This document shows positions 13,401-25,400 of a stretch of 64,000 bases of DNA, piece after piece. The position numbers and the translations under genes are program-made. The DNA is taken from assembly GCA_040954595.2 (NCBI GenBank), contig CM082578.2:7487519-7551518 (forward strand), in the 5' to 3' direction. Positions within the stretch are counted from its first letter, which is position 1. Every line of letters begins with the position of its first letter. Origin of the DNA: Balanoglossus misakiensis (Eukaryota > Animalia > Hemichordata). A model generated the notes under the pieces. That model ran no database searches. It was given only the letters and a program-made list of their open reading frames with translations, and had not been told where the DNA came from.

Positions 13401-16400
13401 GGGGTTCGAAGTGGTATTTCCTTTGTCTCATCCAACGGCACGGTTCAGACTTTGAGATGATGGATATGTGTTACCACGTGCCAAACTACAGGCTATGAGA
13501 CATAGCACGGGCAATGAGATGTACTACCTCAGGTTAAAATAAAACAAACTACCATCATCTGATCAGCAAACATCCATGTGCAATGCTGTGTTTGATAATT
13601 ACAAATGCCGATTAAATCGCGTGGTTGCAAATGAACAAGAAATTGTTATGAAACTCGCCCAAAGCAACTCGTGTTCTACAACCATATCTCATGAAAAATA
13701 AGTGTTAGCAAGTTTCATAAAATTCATAGCAAAACTTCACCAATGTACGCATGTAATATCAGTTAATCAACATGACAGACTACCAAATGTCTCAAAGCAC
13801 ATTCAGATCTCTGGGAGATCAATATATGTACAACATGAATTCTGGATTAACGGTGCTGATTGCGCAAATTCGCATAATTTGCTTATCTTTTTTTGTATTC
13901 ACGTACATATAGTTTGTTCTATATCATACACCGGAAGTCCATACCACATCAACGAGAACAGCATCCTGGGTACCACAATCGTCGACACATCTGACTTCAC
14001 TGCTACGTTTCCCGAAGGCGCTGCAAGTCCGGCGTTTGAAATCACGTCGGCCACAACCCTGTTTGCAGTCGTCGGGTCAACAGGAGTGGTCAGTGTTTTA
14101 TTTTCCACTCTTTGCATAAAGCTACCAGATATTCGTGTGTATTTTGTTTACACTTGGTGATTAAGAGGGGCTAAGTGTAATGCATTGCTTTTGGCGCGTT
14201 CACCCTGCTCGCTTATCATGCAATATAAATGTCTACTACACCCTGGCTTCTCGATGAACTAGATAACTTGGCTAAACTCCAAAGAAACGTCGAGGGCGAT
14301 GCGCAACATAAAACATTCCGACACAGTGGCTGTTTGGCTGTCAAATGATTTCAAAGGTGTTCATCACAGAGCCCTGCTAAGTTATGTTTTAATTTATCAA
14401 TTAGAGTAGCATTTCTTATATTTGCTCTTGATGTTTTCAGATATATGTCGAATCCGCCTTGGACTACGAAACAGATGGCGGCGCTGGCATTTCCGTCGAT
14501 GTAGCGTGCCGACAGGTCACTAACAACGACTCTACTTCCTCAATAACCATCTTCATCGACGACGTAGTCGAACGTAAGTGCCAGACATTTGGAGCAGAAA
14601 CGAGTGCAGAATCAGAGGCAATCGGATCAGGGATACCGAAGCAGCGAAAGGAAAACAGTCGAGAATCATTTGAAAATGAGTTTTACTTTCATTATTGACA
14701 AACAAATTTATTCAAATTTACGATAAAATGTGTTGTTTTTGGTTTTGCCCGTTGTTAGAAACTTTGGTGCTAATGTCATGTTTGTATTTGTTATGTCCGG
14801 ACAGCCTGCTCTGTCAGCTGGACGGGGCAGCCATTTCCGGTGCAGGAGAACTCGGCGTCTTCCACTCCAATCATCACTACCGGTGACATCAATGGCAGTT
14901 TCCCGGAATCCAAGGCTGCAACTGCGTTCGCAATCACAAACGTTAGCCCGGGCCCGTCCGATCTATTCTCAATCGATGCAACTACAGGCGCCGTAAGTAC
15001 AGTGACCACCCTAATAAATTGATATAATTTGCAGCTAACATATGCCTAAATGCGCTCTTCAATCGGCTATGAAAGTATTGATGTTTTTAAGTTTATTTTC
15101 CCAAAATATGTTATAGATACGCTAAGAAATAATATTTATGCATTTTGTTTTAGATATCAGTCGGCAGCCAAATTCCTGACTACGAGGCGCATGGCGGTTC
15201 AAGTCAGACGATAACGGTGACATGTTACCAGGTGTCTGGAAATAGCCAAGCTCAAGATGTTGATGTCGATATTCAAAACGTTGATGAAGGTAACGTTAAA
15301 CGTCATGACTAAGCACAAAGATAGATAGATGTGTGTGTTACGTCCTCTCTGATGGGGTACTATACCTGTAGCGTAGGCCCTACGTTCATTCATTTTTGTG
15401 CAGCAGCTATTGATATCTGACTACTGTATACTCTTTCTCCCTTCAAACCATGTAGCCTGTTCCATCACGCTGACAAACCCCACTTACTCAGTGGTTGAGA
15501 ACACTGTTTCCGGTTCTACCATCATACCTCTGTCACACATCACAGAAAGTTTCCCGGAAGGGCCCGCAACTCCGAGTTTTGTGATTGCAAGTGTCACCCC
15601 AGGACCAACGACACTTTTCGCCGTCGACGATTCCACCGGTGTGGTAAGGTTACTCTATACGATTTGCTTCCTTTACATTATACTTTTTACCCGATTTTTC
15701 GTTTATCTCTAAGTCTAATAACGATCCCTATGTCAAATCAATTGGTTAATTAATTAATTAACAAACATATCTCATCCTTATATTGAAGCTTAACGTCGGC
15801 AGCACTGTACCAGACTTTGAGGGTCACACAACATCCCAGACTGTGGACATTCAGTGCAAGCAAGCATCGGGCGTTGATGCCTCTGTTTCTGTTACAGTAA
15901 CCATCACAGATGATCCTGAACGTAAGTCTGTAGAAACACGACGGTGCACGTATTTCCCCTTGCATTCAATCACCGTGATTGTATGTTTTTATCCAATATT
16001 TATTACTTTAAATCTTGGCTCAAATATGAACCGGTGTAACCTTTACATAGATTATGAGCCGACATATAAATTGCACACTCAACTCTTGAGATGATTTCAT
16101 AGTCAATCTGATGAAAATGTTGACCAACTTGAAATTGACAATTTCGGATACACCATATATAACTTTTTTCCAGCAAATGAAGTTAGTATTTTCTTCTCAA
16201 AAACACGGTATAGGCTAATATTATAACTGGAATATCTTGAATTTGTTTTCGAATCAGCGTGTACCATAGCCTACAGCGGAGGCCCGTACACTGTCACCGA
16301 AAACACGAACACAGGACAAATCGTCATTGACGCTGCCGACGTAGTCTCTCAGTTTTACGAAACCCGATCATCGCCAGCTTTCTCAATCTCGGCCGTCAGT

Positions 16401-19400
16401 CCAGGTGCAGCCACGTTGTTTGCAATAGACGGAACGACGGGAGCGGTAAGTCGTGTACAAGCACAAATCCGTTTCAGTTGACCTGATGCAGAATTGAACA
16501 AACTTATAGGTTGTACATGTAATATTCATGTACCTGAAATGCACGTCACGTGCAAGCAACTGGTATGCACGTTTGCGAGACGGTTGGGGATTGGTTGGTT
16601 GATGCGAGGGTCTCGGAACGTTGCTTATGATTGGTCTACACCTTTCATCGAGTAAATCTTGAATAACAAGTGCGTTCGCGTGAATGCAGTACCTTGCGAG
16701 AACAGACCTGGCTGGGAGCATAACATTAACAAAAGAGGCATATTTATATATAAAATAGCATACTCGTCAAACTTAGGGGAATTCTCAGGTTGCTTACGAA
16801 TCACACCTATAATCTTGCGAGACTTCAACGGTTCAGTCCAATTTTTAATGTTCAATAAAATTATTGAAACTTACTGTAATTTTCCACTTACCTAGATTCT
16901 GGTTGGTTCAACCTCGCCGGATTTTGAGACTGACGTAACCATTCAAACTATAACCGTGTCATGCCACCAGGACAGTGGGAGGGATAACACTTACGACGTC
17001 ACTGTTACAATTGTGAATGTCGTTGAGGGTAAGTTAACTATTCCATTCCCATGGAAATAAGAAAACGCCCTGGGTTTCATTTTAGCACATTCACTGTGAT
17101 TATACCTGCTGCAGTACAATCACAGTTTCATGTTGTATATGTACTATATTGCATGAATGAATGTTGACGTTTACTATACTGTAGTATTCATGCCGAAAAT
17201 TGTCCTACCCTCACCGAGACCGTTTCCATCAGAGAGAGCGAGTTGAAATACTCCCGTTCCCTATATAGCTGCGTGCTGTACACAATAGTTGTGATTGGGT
17301 ATTAGGAGGGAAACTTTAATGTAATGCATATAAAAAAAATAAAGGGGGGTTAAACATTTCAGGCCCTTAACGGTACTTGTTGTACATTTCCACCTAGATT
17401 GTTCACTAAATTGGCCGGCTCAACCGTTTGGTATCGACGAGAACACAGCAACGTCAACAGCCATCGTCAGCGCTGGGGATTTTTCAGAAACGTTCCCGGA
17501 GACAAAGGCCGCTGACCCGTATGACATCACTGCAGTCAGTCCGGGGCCTTCGACGCTGTTTTCAATCGATCGAGCGACTGGTGTGGTAAGTGTCCGCCAC
17601 TAATATCAGCATTACACATTAAAGAACTGGTCGGACCGCCGCGATTAAACCTTCCATTCGGGTTATCGTTCAATGCTTTGATTTTCATTATCCTTCCGAA
17701 TCGAAGATATAGGCTATATCTGTGATGTGATTAATCTGTTAATGCAAAGTGAACGTGACACGGTTGGGGTTGATATAGCTTGAAATATGCATTAACGTTT
17801 TTTTATGGACACTTTTTACGGTTGCAGATTTCGGTTGGTAGCGAAGTATCGAACTACGAGAGCCATGGTCCGAGTCAGACAATAACGGTGACGTGTTATC
17901 AGGCGTCAGGCTCCAGCCAAGATCAGGATGTTGTAGTCGATATAAACGACGTAGATGAAGGTAAAAATATTCATTCAACTGGGCGCTGGATTGGCGTTGA
18001 TCACCGAATCATAAATATCAGCATTTGAATAACGTGAAAAATATTAAAATCATCATTTAACTTTTAAATCATATATATATTTTCAGCATGCTCCATCACC
18101 TTGTCATCTGCGACTTACTCGGTAACCGAGAACACAGCTTCCGGTTCTGATATTATTCCTTTTGGAGACATCACAGAAGATTTCCCGGAGGGAGAAGCTA
18201 CCCCTAAATATGTAATTGCTTCAGTTACTCCGGGACCGCCGACGCTTTTTGACATCGACGCCACCAGCGGCGTGGTAAGCAACTTCTATCTCAGCTCTTA
18301 CCTGTATAAGTTCACGAGAAAATTTGACTCGACTTTCCTTCTCTAGTTATTTTATTTCTCCTCGGACAGCGTCTAATTACATCGGGCATTGTTTGAATTA
18401 CAGCTGAAGGTTGGGAGCACTGTTCCCGACTATGAGACTCACGCTGCAACTCAAACGGTCGAAATCGAGTGCAAGCAGACGACGTTCGTTGATGGCTCTA
18501 TATCTGTTCCTGTCACCATTGTAGACGACCCTGAACGTGAGTTACCAAGCACTTCCATTCCAAACCTAATTTGCCCCCCCCCCCACACCATTAACCAGTT
18601 AGATGTAAATGCGAAAAATGCGTGATAAACATGTAATACTATATTTTTGTATTTTCACAGCATGCAGTGTATCTTACAGCGGAGGCCCGTACACTGTCAC
18701 CGAAAACACGAACACGGGACAAATCGTCATTGACGCTGCCGACGTAGTCTCTCAGTTTTACGAAACCCGATCATCGCCGGCCTTTTCAATCTCTGCCGTC
18801 AGTCCAGGTGCGGCCACGCTCTTCGCAATAGACGGAACGACGGGAGCGGTAAGTTGTTTACAAGTACAAATTCTAGCGCCTTAGAATTGATCATTTACTT
18901 GACATATACTCGAAATGCACGTCACGTGCAACTGGTATGCACGTTTGCGAGACGGCCGGGGATTGGTCGGTTGGTGTGAGGGTCCATGCCTTTTGTCGAC
19001 TAAATCTTGAAGCAGGTGTACAACAAGTGCGCTCGCGTGAATGCAATACCCTACGAGAAAAGACCTTGCTAGGCGCATCACATAAACAAAAGAAGCATAT
19101 TCTCGCCGATTATTTAAAATTGATATATAAAATAGCATATTGGTCAAACTTAGGGGAAGTTTCAAGTTGCTGACGAATCACAGCTAATCTTGCGAGACTG
19201 CAACGGGTCAGTCCAATAAAATTATTGATTTTTACTGTAATTTTCCACTTACCTAGATTCTGGTTGGTTCAACCTCGCCGGATTTTGAGACTGACGTAAC
19301 CATTCAAACTATAACCGTGTCATGCCACCAGGACAGTGGAAGGGATAACACTTATGACGTCACTGTTACAATTGTGAATGTCGTTGAGGGTAAGTTAACC

Positions 19401-22400
19401 ATTCCATTCTCGTGGAAATTAGAAAACGCTCTGGGTTTCATTTTATCACATTCACTGTGATTATACCTGCTGCAATACAATCTCAGTTTCATGTTGTATA
19501 TGTACTATATTGCATGAATGAATGTTGACGTTTACTATACTGTAGTATTCATGCCGAAAATTGTCCTACCCTCACCGAGACCGTTTCCATCAGAGAGCGA
19601 GTTGAAATACTCCCGTTCCCTATATAGCTGCGTGCTGTACACAATAGTTGTGATTGGGTATTAGGAGGGAAACTTTAATGTTATGCATATAAAAAAATAA
19701 GGGGGGGGGGGTAAACATTTCAGGCCCTTAACGGTACTTGTTGTACATTTCCACCTAGATTGTTCACTAAATTGGCCGGCTCAACCGTTTGGTATCGACG
19801 AGAACACAGCGTCGCCAACAGTCATCGTCAGCGCCGGGGATTTTTCTGAATCTTTCCCGGAGACAAAGGCCGCTGTGCCGTATGACATCACCGCAGTCAG
19901 TCCGGGGCCTTCGACGCTGTTTTCAATCGATCGAGCGACTGGTGTGGTAAGTGTCCGCCACTAATATCAGCATTACACATTAAAGATCTGGTCGGACCGC
20001 CGCGATTAAACCTTCCATTCGGGTTGTCGTTCAATGCTTTGATTTTCATTATCCTTCCGAATCGAAGATATAGGCTATATCTGTGATGTGATTAATCTGT
20101 TAATGCAAAGTGAACGTGACACGGTTGGGGTTGATATAGCTTGAAATATGCATTAACGTTTTTTTTATGGACTTTTTCTTCGGTTGCAGATTTCGGTTGG
20201 TAGCGAAGTATCGAACTACGAGAGCCATGGTCCGAGTCAGACAATAACGGTGACGTGTTATCAGACGTCAGGCTCCAGCCAAGATCAGGATGTTGTAGTC
20301 GATATAAACGACGTAGATGAAGGTAAAAATATTCATTCAACTGGGCGCTGGATTGGCGTTGATCACCGAATCATAAATATCAGCATTTGAATAACGTGAA
20401 AAATATTAAAATCATCATTTAACTTTTAAATCATATATATATTTTCAGCATGCTCCATCACCTTGTCATACGCGACTTACTCGGTAACCGAGAACACAGC
20501 TTCCGGTTCTGATATTATTCCTTTTGGAGACATCACAGAAGATTTCCCGGAGGGAGAAGCTACCCCTAAATATGTAATTGCTTCAGTTACTCCCGGACCG
20601 ACGTCGCTTTTTGACATCGACGCCACCAACGGCGTGGTAAGCAACTTCTATCTCAGCTCTCACCTGTATAAGTTCACGAGAAAATTTGACCTTCTCTAGT
20701 TATTTAATTTCTCCTCGGACAGCGTCTAATTACATTGGGCATTGTTTTAATTACAGCTGAAGGTTGGGAGCACTGTTCCCGACTATGAGACTCACGCTGC
20801 AACTCAAACGGTCGAAATCGAGTGCAAGCAGACGACAATGGTTGATGGCTCTATATCTGTTCCTGTCACCATTATAGACGACCCTGAACGTGAGTTACCA
20901 AGCACTTCCATTCAAAACCTAATTTGCCCCCCCCCCCCACCATTAACCAGTGTAAATGCGAAAAACTGGTGCCACTGTCTCGTACTATATCCAACTATAT
21001 AGCACATGACTAGAAAACGTTCATAAACATGTATATGCTATATTTTTGTATTTTCACAGCATGCAGTGTATCTTACAGCGGAGGCCCGTACACTGTCACC
21101 GAAAACACGAACACAGGACAAATCGTCGTTGACGCTGCCGACGTAGTCTCTCAGTTTTACGAAACCCGATCATCGCCGGCTTTCTCAATCTCGGCCGTCA
21201 GTCCAGGTGCGGCCACGTTATTCGCAATAGACGGAACGACGGGAGCGGTAAGAGTGTTATCTGTTTGCTTTTGTCACTGTGTATAGAGATGCCTAATAAT
21301 ATGTTTCCTTTTGTTTCCCGTCGTTCACTATATTGTGATGCCTGCAGACTCTGCCGCCAGCAAAATAAAGCATGTTTTCATGTACGACCATATGTTTGTC
21401 TTAAGCACTGTCTTCCATGGTTGATGTACATGTCGTGTTCAAATTAGCCTTTTACCGTAGCAAATTCTCTGAGCATGTATATTTTCACGTATTTACTGGT
21501 ATTAACATGTATTTCATGTATGGCATTTTATAACTTTTTCGGATTATATATTGTTGTCTATCTGTGTCTTGTTCAGGTTATGGTTGGTTCAACTCCGCCT
21601 GACTTTGAGACCGATGCCACCATTCAAACGTTAACCGTGTCGTGTCATCAGGACAGCGGAAGAAACGGGTCTGACACTGTCACAATCACCATACAGAACG
21701 TCTTTGAGAGTACGTGTCGAAGTTAATTTTTGTTATGTGCACAAAACGCAATTTTGTTCTGTCATTCTTTGCAGTATGCATTTAACCATAGACAGTATAG
21801 AGCGAATTTATGATTTCATTATAAATTCCAACATACTGACAACCCTTGAATATTTTTCCAGATTGTTCACTGACATGGGCAGGGCAGCCGTTTGCCGTCG
21901 ACGAGAACACAGCGTCCTCGACTGTCATCGTCAGTGCAGCGGATTTTTCTGAATCTTTCCCAGAGACGAAGGCCGCTCAGCCGTATGACATCACAGCAGT
22001 TAGTCCCGGACCCACGAATTTATTCTCAATTGAAAGAACAAGTGGAGTGGTATGCTATGAATGGATTTTGTAGAAACATAGACGAGTTCTCGGTTTAGTT
22101 CACGCGCCAAAATGTCTTGATTCGTTCACGTTAAACGCCAATTTCCCAATTTGAAAGTAAGGGAACAGATACCATGCTAAGAAAAGTTAACTTTCAATGA
22201 ACAATTAAAAGACTTCACATGGAAATCCTACGTTTCTAATGAACGTGATGATGATCGTGGTGGTGGTGGTGGTGGTGGTGATGATGATGATGATGATGAT
22301 TTTGTTGTTTTACCTGTACGTTACAGATATCGATTGGCAGTGAAGTACCAGATTACGAGGCCCACGGTCCAAGTCAGACAGTTACAGTCACGTGTTACCA

Positions 22401-25400
22401 GGCGACCGGTAATAATCACGTTCAAGATGTTGTCATCAACATCGACGATTTAAACGAAGGTAGGATATAGTCAGGGCACGCTTGGTCAGAGCTACTACAG
22501 AAATATGACATATCTACCTGAACAATTCTCACGGTGAATCTTCAGTTTTGCACAGGCGACCAAACGTTCATCCAATATCAATTTTCAGATTTCTATCCGG
22601 CCTTATATTTCAGTGTGCTCTCTTACGCTGGCGTACACTGCTTACTCGGTGGCTGAGAACACGGCCCCCGGTTCCGTCATAATTCCCCTTGGTGACGTCA
22701 CCGGAATCTTCCCGGAAGGAGCTGCATCTCCCAAGTTCGTGATTGCGACAGTGACACCCGGACCGGCGTCGCTGTTCGATGTCGACGGCGCTACTGGAGT
22801 GGTCAGTTTTCATTTTTTTAAATATGGCAGAAACAAAATGTTATCAGCAAAACATCGGTAGCAAAATCTCACAATGCATCATGGAGACACGGTCTTTCAA
22901 CTTCATTGATGTATATATTTACGAAAACCGATTTCTATGTAAACTGTACTCGATCATTGACTTGGGTGTCCGACGCTCTGTTCGCTGTCTATTCAAGAGG
23001 GGGGGGGGGGGTCGATAGACCGTTTTTTAGTTCGACACCAACTTTGATATTGAAGATTGGATGACATGCATGAAAGTCGACCAATTTCTTGATTGTGATT
23101 ACATGTATCTGTTTGTGATAACTGGTGTTTTGTTTTGGTTCGCTTTGATTTTGGTGTGTTTGTGGCACAAACCCGGCAGTTGAAAGTGGGAAGCACGGTT
23201 CCTGACTTCGAAAACCACCCGGTGACTCAATCGGTTGAACTTCAATGCAAACAAACCACAAGCAATGATAACATCACCACGGTCACTATCAACATCAGTG
23301 ATGAGGCTGAACGTAAGTGGACTTGAATAAAAATAATTAATCAGAATATACATTTAGAGCAGTTTTCTTAACAAACCAGGTCGAGATCCTTGTAACTGTC
23401 TTTTGGTATGTGAACTCTTCAAATTTAACCTTTCATGATTCTATAAAAGCGTCCTGTTCCGAGCAACTGTTTTAAACTTATAACAACCCTTTTATCGCTA
23501 CAGCCTGCACTCTGTCGTGGTCTGGAGGACCTTACTCGGTCGCTGAAAACACGAACTCGGGCGACATCGTCATCGATTCGGCTGACCTCGTCACGCAGTT
23601 CCCCGAAGGCGAAGCAGCGACGGCTTTTTCGATCACCGTCAGTCCGGGTGCAGCGACACTCTTTGACGTCAACCCGTTGACGGGAGCAGTAAGTTAATAA
23701 TGAGATTGTCCTTGACCTTCACGGCTAGCTACCTTCTCTTCCATAGCACTTTGGTCTAGCCCTGTGTTTAAAGTGGCGTTGCTTGACTCATCATGTACAG
23801 ACAAGTGTGCATTGTCTAGGTTGATAGTTTATGTAATGCATAGCTATATTTTGGACTATAATGAATCACCTCACTCTGTACACACATAAACACCTTGCAT
23901 GATTACCTACACCTGCAGCTATTAGTTGGATCGACACCCCCTGATTATGAAAGTGACGGCACCACTCAAACGATCACAATGTCCTGTCATCAGAGCTCGG
24001 GAAGGAACGGTTCTAACGTGATAACAGTCACCATAATTGATGTCGCTGAAGGTATGGTTAAAATCATCTCTTAATATGTATTAAATTAGCATGCAGATGA
24101 TATTTTCCTATCGTGACAAGAAGTCATACCAACATTTATATTATGTTTCACTAAAATCATACCTGTAAATATTCGTATATGAACATTATTATTAATATCT
24201 GTTTTACTGCTATATTAAATATTATTAATGGCTGCGATAAAAAATCAGAAATGCGTTTCTCTGTTTCAATATCTATGCAGCATGTGGAATAACTTGGACT
24301 AATGCGCCTTATAGTGTGGACGAAAACTCAGGACCCAATACACCTATTATCGCTGCCGCTGATGTAAATGGTACTTTCCCAGAAACCCCAGCGAGTCCCA
24401 AATATGGCATCAATCGCGTCGACCCTGGTCCAGGTGACCTGTTTAACATAGTACCAAATGATGGATCAGTAAGTATACTTTGATAAGTTTAATGGTGACT
24501 TGCTCTGTCCATTTTTGGAAGCATGTGCGCGTTTCTCCTTATTTTTATATAAATAACTCGACTAAACAAATTCTTAAAATGTCACCAACATAATGTTCAC
24601 ATTATAATGTCATAATACTTATATCTCGCCGTCGCAGATAACTGTCGGTAGCATCATACCAGATTTCGAGACGCACAGTCCGATTCAGACGATATACGTT
24701 GACTGCTTCCAAAATCCAGGTCTCGACTCCACCTTTACCGTCGACGTCACCATAAACGACATTGACGAAGTCGCGGAGGTGCGGAATCTGCCCGCGTCTA
24801 TCCGAATATCGGAATCTACGGCAGCGTCAGTGTCCGTCTTCAAGGTTTCGTACTACGACCAGGAAGGCGGGTCTGTCACAGTCGCCATAGCCTCGCAGAG
24901 TCCGGGCCTTCCAGGACCCGTGTTCACTATAGGCAACGCGGATGAAGTTATGACTCCGGCGGGACTGGACTATGATCTGGGCAGCAGAGTTTTTACTCTA
25001 GATATAACGTGAGGTTTTAAATCTTGTTTAACATAAAATAATAAACCTTTTCCACCAATTCTCCTGCTGGTGTCATGGAACTCGCGAAGTTTATTACAAA
25101 ACCTTAACGACTTCTCTAACTTCACCTCCCCCGTATCACTCCTTCAGGGTCGACGATGGTACTACCACCAGTGTCCCGTCTACCCTCCAAATTGATCTCC
25201 TGAACGAGTTTGACGAGGCGCCATTATTCGACCAGACCTCATACAGTGGGACCGTGGACGACGGAGATGGGTACGGCACACCTATAACCTGGACTGGGGC
25301 TGGCGATCCAGTGCTCGATGTAACCGATGATGACGTGGACGATATCTTGCGATATTATCTGACTGGTAATTAGAAGTGGAATTTGCTTTCCCGTGCATGT

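Larger units (their letters stand above)
13913..24770 (+). repeat. Array of 14 two-exon modules, each encoding one atypical cadherin-like domain of about 107 aa (gene B)
   Basis: Alternating exons of 188 nt (176 and 185 in two units) and 133 nt (136 in one; the 14th runs on into the next domain), phases 1-0-1. Consensus C-S-x-x-(Y/W)...(P)Y-x-V-x-E-N-T...F-P-E...V-(S/T)-P-G-P-x-x-L-F-x-I-D-x-x-(T/S)-G-x | x-x-V-G-S-x-x-P-D-(Y/F)-E...Q-T-x-x-V-x-C-x-Q...D-x-x-E. Confidence 0.92.

Noticed and set aside
13913-24770. Vertebrate-style clustered protocadherin array of variable first exons
   Set aside because: The modules have no individual ATG or signal peptide and each encodes one domain split over two exons. 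Only one signal exon (10353-10431) precedes them.
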